A stretch of 64,000 bases of DNA from an uncultured Candidatus Rokubacteria bacterium (lineage in GTDB: Bacteria > Methylomirabilota > Methylomirabilia > Rokubacteriales > CSP1-6). The translations under genes were made by a program, and so were the position numbers. The first letter of the stretch is position 1. Each line of letters opens with the position of its first letter. The notes below the pieces were generated by a model. That model saw only the letters and a program-made list of their open reading frames with translations, searched no databases and had not been told where the DNA came from. The stretch spans positions 224,001-288,000 of the forward strand of contig CAVXJS010000010.1 in assembly GCA_963762145.1 (NCBI GenBank). Direction: 5' to 3'. Shown here in pieces: positions 42,084 through 52,968 of the stretch.

Positions 42084-44009
42084 TTAGAGTGTGTCCGCTT
42101 GACGCTGGTGGCCCCCCGGCCACTCGTTCGGCAGCGCCGGGCGCGCCAGGGCTAGCTCCCTGACCGCCTCCGCCTCCCGTTGCAGGTCACGCAGCAGCGC
42201 GCGAAGCTCTTCCTCGAGCGCGGGCAGCGCCGGGTCCCCGGTGGCCTGGGCGAGAGTGACCGCCCGCTCCACCTGACGTACCCGGTGTTTGCGATGCCGG
42301 ATATGGTACCGCCTCTTTAGCTCTGCGACGTGACTATGTGTATCGCCCCACTTGCGGTCCTCGACCAGGAGGGCCGCCAGCAGCCCCCGCTCGCGATCCC
42401 CCGGCAGGTCGGCCATCAATGCCTCGGGCTGCGCGCCGGGTGTGCGCCGCAGGGCGGTCAGCACCAGGCGCAGCCCCGGGTGCGCCACGTCCTCATCCGC
42501 GAGCACGGGAAGGAGCTCGGCCCGCGCCTCATCGACTTGCAAGAGGAGGGCCACGAGATCCCGCTCGAACGGAACGGGCGGCGGCCAGGAATCCGATTCC
42601 CCGCTTCCGTGGCCCGATTGGGAAAGCTGTTCCGGCCGGCGACCCCGCGCGCGGGAGCCCTGCAGCTGCTGCGCCTCGATCCAGAGCTGGGTGGAGTCCA
42701 CGCCGAGCCGTCGGGCAGCCTCCCGCGCCAGCTCGGTGGCCTCCTCGGCATTGGCCACCTTGGAGAGGATCAGGGCCACGCGGGCGTGGGCATTGGCCCG
42801 GCCCCGCGCGGTGGTCAGGTCCTCGTCGGCGAATGCCTTCTCCATGACGAAGGAGAGCAGGGGGCGCGCCGCGTCGAGCCGCGTGGTGAGCGCGGCGGCG
42901 CCCTCGGCGCGCAGCAGGCTGTCCGGGTCGTGGCCGGCGGGGAGGAGCGCCACGCGGATCGGCAGGTGCCCCGCCTTCTCGAAGCCGCCGGTGCGCGAGA
43001 CGGACCAGCCCAGATTCTGGAGGTCCATCACGTCGTTCATCATCTCCTCGAGGCGCGAGGAGGCCTTCTGGCCCGCCGCGTCGGCGTCGAAGAGCGCCAC
43101 CACCTCGTCGGCGTAGCGGCGCAGCAGCCCGAGCTGGGCGGTCGTGAACGCGGTGCCGAGCGCGGCCACCGTCTCCCCGAAGCCGTGCTGGTGCGCCATG
43201 AGGCAGTCGAGGTAGCCCTCGACGATGATGGCGCGGCTCCGCTCCCGCATCGCGATCCGGGCCACGTCGAGCGCGTAGAGGATCTGGCCCTTCACGTACA
43301 GCGGCGTCTCCGGGGAGTTGAGGTACTTGGGCTCCTCGCCCGAGAGCGCGCGCCCGCCGAACGCCACCACGCGGCCCTGCACGTCACGGATGGGAAAGAG
43401 CAGCCGGCCGCGGAAGCGGTCGTAGAAGCCCGGCCCGTTCTGGCGCGCGAGGATGAGCCCGGCCTGCACCAGGACGTCCTCGCCGATGCCCTGCCGGGCC
43501 ATGACGCCCAGCAGCGCGTTCCAGCTCTCGGGCGCGTAGCCGAGTCCGAAGCGCTTCGCCACTTCCGGATCCACGCCGCGCTGCTCCAGGTACGCGCGTG
43601 CCTTCTCGCCTCCCGGTTCCCAGAGCGAGCGGGTGTAGAACTCGGCCGCGAGGGCCATCGCGCGCCGCAGCGCCTCGAGCTTGCCGTCCACCTCCGGTGC
43701 CCGCTGGCCCGCGTCGGGCAGGGCGACGCCGGCGCGGTCGGCCAGCGTGCGCACCGCTTCCGGGAACGCCACGCGCTCCTGGCGCATGAGGAAGCTGAAG
43801 GCGTCGCCACCCGCGCCGCAGCCGAAGCAGTGATAGATGTTCCGCTTCGGGTTCACGGTGAAGGAAGGCGTCTTCTCGGAGTGGAAGGGACAGAGGCCCT
43901 TCCAGTTCTCCCCGGTCCGCTTGAGCTTCACGACCTGGCCGACGATCTCGAGGATGTCGGCGCGGGAGCGGATCTCGTCGAGGAGCTGCTGGGAGTATCC
44001 GCCCGGCAT
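42084..44009 (-). CDS. dnaG: DNA primase
   Basis: CPFH..KTPSF and CFGC zinc finger; FGGR, KYLNSPET, VEGYLD and DADAAG TOPRIM motifs. Confidence 0.97.
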   Translation of the reverse strand: MPGGYSQQLLDEIRSRADILEIVGQVVKLKRTGENWKGLCPFHSEKTPSFTVNPKRNIYHCFGCGAGGDAFSFLMRQERVAFPEAVRTLADRAGVALPDAGQRAPEVDGKLEALRRAMALAAEFYTRSLWEPGGEKARAYLEQRGVDPEVAKRFGLGYAPESWNALLGVMARQGIGEDVLVQAGLILARQNGPGFYDRFRGRLLFPIRDVQGRVVAFGGRALSGEEPKYLNSPETPLYVKGQILYALDVARIAMRERSRAIIVEGYLDCLMAHQHGFGETVAALGTAFTTAQLGLLRRYADEVVALFDADAAGQKASSRLEEMMNDVMDLQNLGWSVSRTGGFEKAGHLPIRVALLPAGHDPDSLLRAEGAAALTTRLDAARPLLSFVMEKAFADEDLTTARGRANAHARVALILSKVANAEEATELAREAARRLGVDSTQLWIEAQQLQGSRARGRRPEQLSQSGHGSGESDSWPPPVPFERDLVALLLQVDEARAELLPVLADEDVAHPGLRLVLTALRRTPGAQPEALMADLPGDRERGLLAALLVEDRKWGDTHSHVAELKRRYHIRHRKHRVRQVERAVTLAQATGDPALPALEEELRALLRDLQREAEAVRELALARPALPNEWPGGHQRQADTL

Positions 44010-44020
44010 CGGAAGTGGCC

Positions 44021-46472
44021 TCAGCCCTGGGTGAGCGTCGCGACGGTGGCGCCGGCGCCGCCCTCGGAGGACGCCCCCGGGCGGTGCTCGGCCACGAGGG
44101 GGTGGGCGCTCAGCAATTCCTCGACCGCCCGACGGAGGGCACCCGTGCCCTTGCCGTGGATGATGCGAACCGACGGGAGCCCGGCCAGGAATGCATCGTC
44201 GAGGTACTTTTCTAGCAGATCCCGCGCCTCATCGGTAGTCCGTCCTATGATATTCAGCTCCCCACCCACCGCGCTCTTGTCGGGGGTGGTGATTCGCCCC
44301 TCACCGCCGGCCCCCTCACCCTGCCCTCTCCCCCTTCGGGGGCGAGGGGACGTTTCACCCTCTCCCCGCCGGGGAGGGCTGGGGTGAGAGGCCACGTGCT
44401 ACGACGCGCACCGCCTGCATCGGCACCTTCACCGTCACCGCGCCGGCCTGCACCGTCACCGTCTCACCGTCCACGCCCAGCGCGTCCCCCTTGAGGCCGA
44501 GGTGCGTGATCTCGACGCGATCGCCCACGGTGACCGGGCCCGCCCCCTCCGGCTCTGGCCCGGTGGCCCCCGCAGTGTGCTCCACCTTCTGCGCAGTTTC
44601 CACCAGCCGCTTGCGCGCGCGCTCCAGCTCCGGCCGGCTCTTCTCGGCCCGCTTGAGCCGGTCCCACTCCTCGTTCACGTGGCGCCGAACCTCGGTGACC
44701 AGGCGCTGCGCCTCGGCCTTCGCGCGGGCGATGGTCTCCCGCGCGCTCGCGCGCGCGGTCTCGAGCTCGGCCTGCGCCCGCGCGAGCAGCCCCGCGCTCT
44801 CCGCCTCGCGCCGCTCGAGCAGCGCGCCGCGCTCGGCGTCCCGCCGATCCCGGTCGTCGAGGCGGGCCAGCAGCTCCTGGAGCTGTCGCTGCTGGGTGGA
44901 GCGGTGCCCGTGCGCCCGCTCGATGAGCGCGGCGGGCAGGCCGAGGCGGGCGCCGATGGAGAGCGCATAGCTCTGCCCCGGGCGATCGTAGACGAGCCGG
45001 AAGGTGGGGGCGAGCCGCTCGGGATCGAACTCCACCGAGGCGTTGCGGGCCCTCGGGTGGGTGGAGGCGAAACCCTTCAGCGGCTCGAGGTGGGTGGAGG
45101 CCACGACCATCGCGCCCCGGTCGGCCAGGTCCTCCAGCACCGCCTGGGCCAGCGCGGCGCCGTCGTCGGGATCGGTGCCCGCGCCCAGCTCGTCCAGGAG
45201 GACGAGCGAGCGGCCGTCCACGCGCTCGAGCACCTCGCGGAGCTGCTTGACGAACGCGGAGAACGTCGAGAGGTTCTCCGCCACGCTCTGCTCGTCGCCG
45301 ACGATCGCGAAGCACTGCGAGAACACGGGTAGCCGCGCGCCGTCCCGCGCGGGCACGTGGCAGCCCGCCTGGGCCATGAGCGCGAGCAGGCCCAGGGTCT
45401 TCATCGCCACCGTCTTGCCCCCCGCGTTGGGGCCGGTGATGACGAGCAGCGGCCGCTCGGCCGGGATCTCGATGTCCATGGGGACGACCGCTCGGCCGCC
45501 GTCGGCGCCTGCCCAGCTCTGGGCGAGTAGGATCGGATTCAGCGCGCCGCGGAGGACCACGTCGCGCTCGTCGGTGATCGCGGGCTCGACCGCGCCCATG
45601 CGCTCGGCGAGCGCGCCGCGGGCGAAGATCAGGTCGAGGCCGCCGATGCCCGCGACCAGGTCGTCGAGCTCGGGCAGCGCGGCCCGCACCGCGTCGGTCA
45701 GCGCGGCCAGGACGCGGAGGATCTCGGTCTCCTCCTCGCGCACGGCCTGGACGAGATCGTTGTTGGCCTCCACGACCGCCTCCGGCTCCACGAAGAGCGT
45801 GGCCCCGCTCTGCGAGCGGTCGTGGACGATGCCGCGCAGCCGGCTCCTGGCCTCCGCGCGGATCGGCAGGACGTAGCGGCCGTGCCGGACCGTGACGTAG
45901 CGCTCCTGGAACGTGGTGTCGGCGTTGGGCGCCCCGAAGTACGCCTCGAGCCGCTTCACGAGGTCGCGCCGCAGGGCGCGGATGGACTGGCGGACGCGGC
46001 GCAGCGCGGGCGAGGCTTCGTCGCGCACCTGGCCGTCGGCGTCGAGCGAGCGCCGGAGCAGGTCGGCCAGCTCGGTCTGCCGCGGGAAGCCCGCGAGAGC
46101 CGCCGCGAGATCCGGCGCCACCGGCTGGATGGCGCGGCCGTAGGCGAGCAGGCGCCCCGCCGCCTCCAGCAGCGGGATCAGCGCGGCGAGGTCGGCGGCC
46201 TCGGCCACCGAGCCCACCACGCGCGCGGTCTCGAGCGTGGGCCGCACGTCGGGGATGCCCTCCCAGGGGGGCACGCCGGTCTGGCCCATCGCCGCCCGGG
46301 CCTGGCCGGTCTCGCCGAGCGCGCGCCGGATCGCGCCGGGATCCGTGACGGGGAGCGTGGCGGTCGCCAGCTCGCGGCCCATCGGCGTTCGCGCTTCGCG
46401 CGCGAGGAGCGCCAGCACCTGCGGCCACTCGAGGCCGCCGCTGCCCGCGGAGAGCCGGAACGCGGGGCTCAT
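44021..46472 (-). CDS. mutS2: Endonuclease MutS2, split by a 2-nt frameshift inside an inserted REP pair
   Basis: ITGPNAGGKT, LSTFS, LDELGAGTDP and KOW-like region in ORF 44355-46472. Smr domain (IIHGKGTGALR) in ORF 44021-44395. Confidence 0.93.
44312..44390. repeat. Family B REP inverted pair inside mutS2 coding sequence
   Basis: Copies at 44312-44349 and 44358-44390, same layout as the intergenic pair at 39198-39280. Confidence 0.88.
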
Positions 46473-46485
46473 GCGCGCCGGGCCC

Positions 46486-47028
46486 TCAGCGGCGCTCCAC
46501 GAGGGCGAGCGCCTCGTCGGCGGCCTCGTCGCAGGCCGCCGCGATCGTCTCCTGCTCCTCGGGAAAGAAGGGCGAGAGCACGTGGTCGGAGACGCGATCC
46601 CGGTCCTCGCCGGGCCGGCCCGGCCGCCCGATGCCGATCTTGACGCGCCGGAGGTCGTTGGTGCCGAAGGCCGCGATCAGCGAGCGGACGCCGTTGTGGC
46701 CGCCCGCGCTGCCGGTGAGGCGCACCCGGACCTTGCCGAGCGGGAGATCCAGATCGTCGAAGACGATGACCACGTCGGCGGGTCCCAGGTGGAGCTTGCG
46801 CGCGAGGCGCGCCACCGGGGCGCCGGTGACGTTCATGAAGCTGCCGGGCTTGATGAGATAGAGGGGCTCGCCCTGCCAGCGGGCGGCGGCGACCGCGTGC
46901 CCGCTGTCGCGCTCGAAGCGCGTATGAATGCGATGGGCCAGCGCGTCGACGACGCGCTGGCCCACGTTGTGCCGGGTGTTGCGATATTCCGGGCCCGGAT
47001 TCCCCAGGCCGACGATGGCCTGGGCCAC
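46486..47028 (-). CDS. pth: Peptidyl-tRNA hydrolase
   Basis: IVGLGNPG..Y..TRHNVG, FMN and SAGGHNG motifs. Confidence 0.96.
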   Translation of the reverse strand: MAQAIVGLGNPGPEYRNTRHNVGQRVVDALAHRIHTRFERDSGHAVAAARWQGEPLYLIKPGSFMNVTGAPVARLARKLHLGPADVVIVFDDLDLPLGKVRVRLTGSAGGHNGVRSLIAAFGTNDLRRVKIGIGRPGRPGEDRDRVSDHVLSPFFPEEQETIAAACDEAADEALALVERR

Positions 47029-47727
47029 CTACTTCTTCTTCTCGCCGCCCTTGTCCTTCGCGTCCGCCTCGGCGGCTTCCCCCTCCTTCGGCTTCCGCTC
47101 GGTGAGCACTTCCGGCTCGGCCGCCGTCGCTTCCGTCGTCACCGCGGCCACCACTGCCGTCTCCTCGGCCGCCGGCGGGGCGACCGTGACCACCGCCTGG
47201 TTCGGGTCGTTGAGGACGCGCACGCCCTCGGGCACCTTCAGGTCCTTGACGGTCAGCACGTCGTGGATGGCGAGGTTCGTGATGTCGGCCTCGAGGTACT
47301 CCGGGATGTTTCCGGGCAGGCAGGAGACCCGCACCTCGCGGAGCACCATCTCGAGGATGCCCTGGGTGTCCTTGACGCCGATCGCCTCGCCGACGTGGTG
47401 CACCGCCACCGTGACCTGGATGGCGCGGTCCATCGCCACTTCCTGCAGGTCCACGTGGATGAGATTCTCCGAGACCGGATCGAACTGCATGTCCCGGATG
47501 ATCGCCATCTTGGCGTCGGTGGTCCCCTCGAAGGTCACCCGGAACAGCTGGGTGCTGCCCTCGTGGCCGTGGATGAGGCGGAGCACGTCCTTGGGGGTCA
47601 CCGCCACGTTCACCGGGCTCGCGCCGCCGTAGAGGGTCGCCGGGACCTGGCCCGCGGCGCGCAGGCGCCGGGCGGGGCCCTTGCCGGTGCCCTCGCGCTT
47701 CCGGATGGTCAACTCACGCATGTCCAT
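47029..47727 (-). CDS. rplY: 50S ribosomal protein L25/Ctc
   Basis: GKGPARRLRAAGQVPATLYG and QFDPV..HVDL motifs; located between prs and pth. Confidence 0.95.
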   Translation of the reverse strand: MDMRELTIRKREGTGKGPARRLRAAGQVPATLYGGASPVNVAVTPKDVLRLIHGHEGSTQLFRVTFEGTTDAKMAIIRDMQFDPVSENLIHVDLQEVAMDRAIQVTVAVHHVGEAIGVKDTQGILEMVLREVRVSCLPGNIPEYLEADITNLAIHDVLTVKDLKVPEGVRVLNDPNQAVVTVAPPAAEETAVVAAVTTEATAAEPEVLTERKPKEGEAAEADAKDKGGEKKK

Positions 47728-47758
47728 GACTCAGCTCCTTCAGGTGAAAGATTGGCTC

Positions 47759-48700
47759 TTACACGAAGAGGGTCGAGACGGATTCCTCGTCGTGGATGCG
47801 ACGGATCGCCTCCGCGAGCAGCGGGGCGACCGAGAGAACGCGGATCTTGGACAGCTGCCGCTCGGGCGTCAGCGGAACCGTGTTCGTGATGATGACTTCC
47901 TCGAGCACCGACTCCTTGATGCGGTCGATGGCCGGGCCGGAGAGCACGCCGTGCACCGCGCAGGCGAGGACGCGGCCGCGCGCCCTCGCGGCTGGAGCGC
48001 GTCCACCGCCTGGATCAGCGTGCCCGCGGTGTCGATCATGTCGTCGACGATCACGACGTCCTTGCCCTTGACGTCGCCGATGAGGTGCATGAACTCGGCG
48101 ACGTTGTTGCCCTCGCGCCGCTTGTCGATGATGGCGAGGCCCGCCTTGAGCCGCTTGGCGAGCGCGCGGGCGCGCTCCACGCCGCCCGCGTCCGGCGAGA
48201 CCAGCACCGGGTCGTTCAGGTCCTTCTTGGCCAGGTAGTCGATGATCACCGGGGGCGCCGCGAAGAGGTGGTCCACCGGGATGTTGAAGAAGCCCTGGAT
48301 CTGCCCGGCGTGCAGGTCGACCGCGAGCAGGCGCTGCGCGCCGGCCGCGGTGAGGAGGTCGGCCACCAGCTTGGCCGTGATCGGCATGCGCGGCTGCACC
48401 TTGCGGTCCTGGCGGCCGTAGCCGTAGTAGGGCAGCACCGCGGTGATGCGCCGGGCCGACGCGCGCTTGAGCGCGTCGATCATGACGAGCAGCTCCATCA
48501 GGTGATCGTTCACCGGGCGGGCACGTGGGCTGGATCACGAAGACGTCCTGGCCGCGGACGTTCTCGTTGATCTGCACGTAGACCTCGCCGTCGGAGAAGC
48601 GCGAGACGTCCGCGTCGCCCAGCGGGAGCTGAAGCGTCTTGGCGATCTCCTCCGCGAGCGGGCGGTTCGCGTTGCCGGAGAAGAGCTTCAGCTCGTACAT
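47759..48700 (-). CDS. prs: Ribose-phosphate pyrophosphokinase (two compensating indels near 48515 and 47985)
   Basis: [49 protein letters not shown] and SVSTLF motifs. Confidence 0.95.
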   Translation of the reverse strand: MYELKLFSGNANRPLAEEIAKTLQLPLGDADVSRFSDGEVYVQINENVRGQDVFVIQPTCPPGERSPDGAARHDRRAQARVGPAHHRGAALLRLRPPGPQGAAAHADHGQAGGRPPHRGRRAAPARGRPARRADPGLLQHPGGPPLRGAPGDHRLPGQEGPERPGAGLAGRGRRGARPRARQAAQGGPRHHRQAARGQQRRRVHAPHRRRQGQGRRDRRRHDRHRGHADPGGGRAPAARARGRVLACAVHGVLSGPAIDRIKESVLEEVIITNTVPLTPERQLSKIRVLSVAPLLAEAIRRIHDEESVSTLFV

Positions 48701-48743
48701 GTCATGACCCCGTCTCCCTTGACTGACGTTCGCGCTCTTCTTG

Positions 48744-48780
48744 CTTGTATCCGCTCGGCTCGCCTTCGGCTGCGCCTCGC
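48744..48780. repeat. Family C repeat, copy 2 (downstream of tRNA-Gln)
   Basis: CTTGTATCCGCTCGGCTCGCCTTCGGCTGCGCCTCGC. Confidence 0.75.
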
Positions 48781-48819
48781 CAGGCCACTGCGGCTCGGCG
48801 CGCCACGATCCGCGGCGTT

Positions 48820-48893
48820 TGGCTGGGGCGGGAGGAATCGAACCTCCATTGCGGGGGCCAAAGCCCCGAGTCCTGCCACTGAACGACGCCCCA
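48820..48893 (-). tRNA. tRNA-Gln (UUG)
   Basis: TGGGGCGTCGTTCAGTGGCAGGAC..CTTTGGC..GGTTCGATTCC..CGCCCCAGCCA, in the classic ispE-tRNA-Gln-prs position. Confidence 0.94.
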
Positions 48894-48911
48894 GTGGAAA
48901 CCCGTTCAGGT

Positions 48912-49787
48912 TCATCGCGTCACCCGGATCGCGGGGCCGGAGTTGGTGCGGACCGCCCAGCAGGCCCAGCCCGCCCGGCTCACCCGCGATGCGGATCTGC
49001 CGCGCGTGGTCCAGGGACCGCGCCATCCCGAACACGGTCGGGCCGCTGCCCGACATGATCGCTCCGAGCGCGCCCGCCGCCAAGAGGGCCGCCTTCATGC
49101 GGCCGATCACGGGCAGCACCGGCTCGACCACGCGCTCCAGATTGTTCGTCAGCGCCGCCGCTACCTTGTTCACGTTCCGCGTCCTCAACGCCTCGATCAC
49201 CCGCTCCGTGCCCGTGGGCTCGGCCCGCCAGCCTGCCGGAACCCGCCCGTACACCTCTGCCGTGGACAGCGGGACGCGGGGGTTCACCAGCACGAGCGCG
49301 TAACCGCCGCCCGCCGGGCAGCACGGTCAGCTGCTCGCCGCGCCCGCGTGGCCACCGCGCGCCCCGTGCCCAGGAAGAACGGCACGTCCATGCCCAGCTC
49401 CACCGCCAGCTCCGAAAGCCGCGCCCTGGGCCAGCGAAGCCGCCACAGCCGGTTCAGCCCCCAGAGCGTCGCGGCCGCATCGCTCGATCCCCCGCCCAGC
49501 CCCGCCGCCACCGGGATGCGCTTGGTCAGCCGGATCCGAGCTCCGGCCTCGATCCCCGCCGCCTTCTGGAGCAGCCGGGCGGCGCGCATCACCAGGTTGC
49601 CATCGTCGGTGGGCAAGTCGGGATCGTCCGTGTGGAGCGAAAGGGTGTCGGCCGCTTCCAGCTTCAGGCGATCGAACAGGTCCACCGCCTGCAGCACCGT
49701 CGCGATCTCGTGATACCCGTCGCCCCGCTTGCCCAGCACCTCGAGGGCCAGGTTCACTTTGGCGGAGGTGCGAAGCACCACCTCCAT
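48912..49787 (-). CDS. ispE: 4-diphosphocytidyl-2-C-methyl-D-erythritol kinase (indels)
   Basis: [36 protein letters not shown] and MSGSGPTVF motifs. Confidence 0.93.
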
Positions 49788-49845
49788 GCTGCCCCGTGAC
49801 CGCTTCGACAAGGCGACGTAGGCTACCATGCGGTGCGAAAGAGTG

Positions 49846-50640
49846 TCAACGGAAGTCTTGGATTTTAACGTGTTCCGGGACAGTCGGCTTCAGCAGCGCG
49901 GGGTCGAGCCCCGTGTTCATCCGCGGGTCTCGGTAGGCCACCGTGACGCGCAGCGCCCCGTCCGGCGTCTCGAGCCTGAGGCCGGCGGGCGGGGCGTCCG
50001 GCGGCGTCGGGGTGAACGTCACCCGCGCGGGATTCTTGCCGGTCCACTCGACCTGCTTCGCCTGTCCGCTGGCGGGGTCGAACCAGATGCGCTGCTCGAC
50101 GTCGCGCCCGGCGAGCCGGAGCGACGGGCCGATCTCGTCGGGGGCGACCAGCTCCCCCGGGTCGGGTCCGGCAGCGGTCGGGCGCGCCCCGCGAGCAGCG
50201 CGACGAGATCCTCGCCGCCCAGCGCCAGGCCGAGCCACCGCCGGTTGGCGTCCGGCGAGGCGGGCGCGATGTACGCGCGGTTGTCAGCACCTCCCAGAGC
50301 GTGACGGACTGCGGGTCGCCGGCCACGATCAGACCGGCGTGCCGAACGGGGAGAGGGCCTCGAACCGGAGCGAGGCGGGCTCCCGCAGGAGCAGCATGAC
50401 GCCGGAGAGGCGCTGGGCGCGCCCGCTGCGGCGCGAGCTGAGTCGACCAGCGATGCGCAGGTCGACCAAGAGCGGCGATGCTGCTCGAGTGCGCGGCGAG
50501 CGGCCGCGCGGGCGTCCTCGGCGATGGGCGTCGGCGCGGGCGCCGGAGGGACGGTGGCGCACGCGGACAGCCCGACGGCGAGCAGGAGGCCGCCGGCCAG
50601 GCGGAGCCGGCTACTTCTGCTCGGCCTTGGGCGGCGCCAC
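49846..50640 (-). CDS. LolB-like/DUF4292-type lipoprotein (indels; start approximate)
   Basis: Lipobox LSAC and LRFEALSPFG motif; position between TPR gene and ispE. Confidence 0.6.
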
Positions 50641-52390
50641 CCTTGGCCCGGAGCTGCTTCTCCCGCGCGTCCCGGATCTTGTTCCTCACCGCGTGGGCGA
50701 TGCGGCCGTCCTTGTCCACCTGGAGGGCCTTCTCCCACGCCTCGATCGCCTCGCTCGACCTTGTCGTTCTTCAGGTAGGCGTCGCCGAGGTGGTCGAAGA
50801 TCACCGGGTCGTCCTTGGCCCGGTCGGCCGCGCGCTGCAGCTCGCGCAGGGCCTCCGGGTAGCGGCCCTGCTGGTAGTAGACCCAGCCCAGGCTGTCGAT
50901 GAAGTAGCCGTTCTCGGGCTCGAGCGCGAGCGCGTGCTGGACCAGCTCGAGGGCCTCGGTCAGGTTCGTGCCCCGCTCCGCGTACATGTAGCCGATGTAG
51001 TTGTAGGCCTCGGCGTGCTTGGGATCGATGGCGATGCACGCGGCGGAACGAGCTGATGGCGTCGTCGGAGCGCTGCTGCTTCTCGCGCACCACCCCGAGC
51101 TGGAAGTGGAGGTCGCTGTTCTTGTCGTCCACGCGAGAGCCCTTCCTGCAGCACGTCGGCGGAGCGGTCGTACTGCTGGCGCGGTAGAGCGCGGTGCCGA
51201 GGTAGAGGAAGAGCTCGGGCGCTTGGGCTCGATGTTGACCGCCTCGCGCAGGACGCGCACCGCGTCGTCGTGGCGCTTGGCGCGGCCGTGGAGGAAGCCG
51301 AGCTGCACGCGCGCGTCCACCGAGCGGGGATCGGCGGCGATGATGCTGCTCGAGCTCGCTGCGCGCCTCGTCGTCCTTGCCCGCCTCCATCAGCGTGGTG
51401 GCCAGGAAGTAGCGGGCGCGCAGGTTGCCGGGCTCGAGCGACGACGGCCCGGCGGAACGCGGCGACCGCCTTGTCCCACTCCTTCTGCTCGTAGTGGAGC
51501 GCGCCCAGCTTCATCCACACCCGCGGGTCGCGCGGGGCGGCCTCGGTCAGCGCCTCGATCTCGCTCTGCGCCTCCTTGAGCGGCCGAGCCGGATCGAGCA
51601 GGTCGCCCAGGCGCTCGACGAAGGCGGGATTGTCCGGGTTGGCCCGAGCGCGTCCTTGTAGACCGCGACCGCCTCGTCGGGCTTGCTTCTGGTTCTCGTA
51701 GACGAAGCCGAGCGCGGTCCACGCGCCGTCGTTGTCGGGGTCGAGCTCGACGGCGCGCCGGAGGCTGCACGATGGCCTCGGCCCAGCTCTCGTTCTCGAT
51801 GCCGATGCGCCCGAGCAGGTAGTGGCCCTGCGAGAGATTCGGGCGCGCCTCGACGAGCCGGCGCAGCACCGCGCGTGCCTTGTCGTAGCTCTTCTGCTCG
51901 AAGTGGTGCTGGGCGAGGGCGAGGTAGCCGTCGGGGGTCTGCGGGTGCGAGCGCGATCGCCCGCTCCAGCTCGGCCTCCGCCTCGGGGAGCTGGCGCTGG
52001 CGCCGGTAGAGGTCGGCCAGCGTCATGTGCGCGCTCGCGGTTCTTGGGCTCGAGCGCGACGGCCTTCTGCGCGGCGGTCGAAGGCCCGGCGGTGTGCGTT
52101 GATCCGCGATCAGCCACTGCGCGAGCTGGATCTAGAGGCGGCGGTGTTCGGGATCGTACTTGATCGCCTCGCGCAGCTGGGTGATCGCCTGCGGCAGGCG
52201 GCCGCGCGCGCGCCTGGAGCTGCGCGACGCGTAGTGGTCGTAGGCCTCGGCCCTGGCCGCTCGACCGGCCGGCGCGCCCGGCGGGCCGATCGTGACGGTC
52301 TGGGACTCGGCCGGGCCCGTCTGCGCGGTGGCGCAGCCGTGCGAGCGCCCGCCGACCACGAGCAGGAGCGCCAGTGAGCCCGCACGCCCC
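50611..52390 (-). CDS. Tetratricopeptide-repeat lipoprotein (many indels; start approximate)
   Basis: Serial TPRs: AEAYNYIGYMYAE, ENGYFIDSLGWVYYQQG, DPVIFDHLGDAY. Confidence 0.8.
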
Positions 52391-52863
52391 GGCGGCGCGG
52401 ATCAGGCCCTTGGCCATGATGCGCGCGGACGGTGGAGGCGAGCGCCTCGTCGCGCATCGGGGCGGCCGCCCCTTCCACCAGCGGCCAGCTCGTCGGCGTC
52501 GAGCCGGAGCGGAGGCGCGGGCGGTGGCGCGGCGGGCGGTCGGCGGTGCAGCGCGCCGGCGCGGGCGCCGCGAGGCTGAGCGCAGCGCGGTGACGGTCGG
52601 TGCCGTAGCGGGCGCGGAGCGCCGCGAGCGACTTCCGCGGATCGCATGGACAGCTCCTGGAGCCACGGGGAATTGTCGACCCGCACCTCGAGCGTGCCGG
52701 CCCGCAGATCGCCGGGCCGGGTGCGAGGGCCAGCGCGGCGCCGACCGCGCCGCGCCAGCCCTGGCGGATGCGTCAGCTCGAGCAGGCGCTCTTCGAGCGC
52801 GGGCACCGCGGCGGTGAGCAGGTCCGCCACGCGGAGCGGGAACGAGGAGCGGCCTGAGCGCAT
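52380..52863 (-). CDS. DUF721/DciA family protein (indels; 3' end approximate)
   Basis: PLRVADLL...RTRP..LRAGTLEVRVDNSPWLQEL resembles the DciA core. Confidence 0.65.
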
Positions 52864-52929
52864 CGTGGGTCCATGATACTTGAGCCGGGTATGCCACTCG
52901 CCACGCTTGAACGCACGTCGGGCGGCAAA

Positions 52930-52959
52930 TTGACTCAGATCGTACGCGACACTTATAGT
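52930..52959 (+). promoter_or_regulatory. Sigma70 promoter of rlmD (leaderless-type)
   Basis: TTGACT-N18-TATAGT, 9 nt before the ATG at 52969, no SD. Confidence 0.6.
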
Positions 52960-52968
52960 GTCGCTACC

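Noticed and set aside
42060-44260. AT-richer codon patches at the 3' ends of mutS2 and dnaG
   Set aside because: Consistent with ordinary internal promoters for dnaG and rpoD; not treated as novel.
52330-52440. DciA-TPR gene fusion
   Set aside because: The junction lies in a very error-rich block, so stop and start cannot be resolved.
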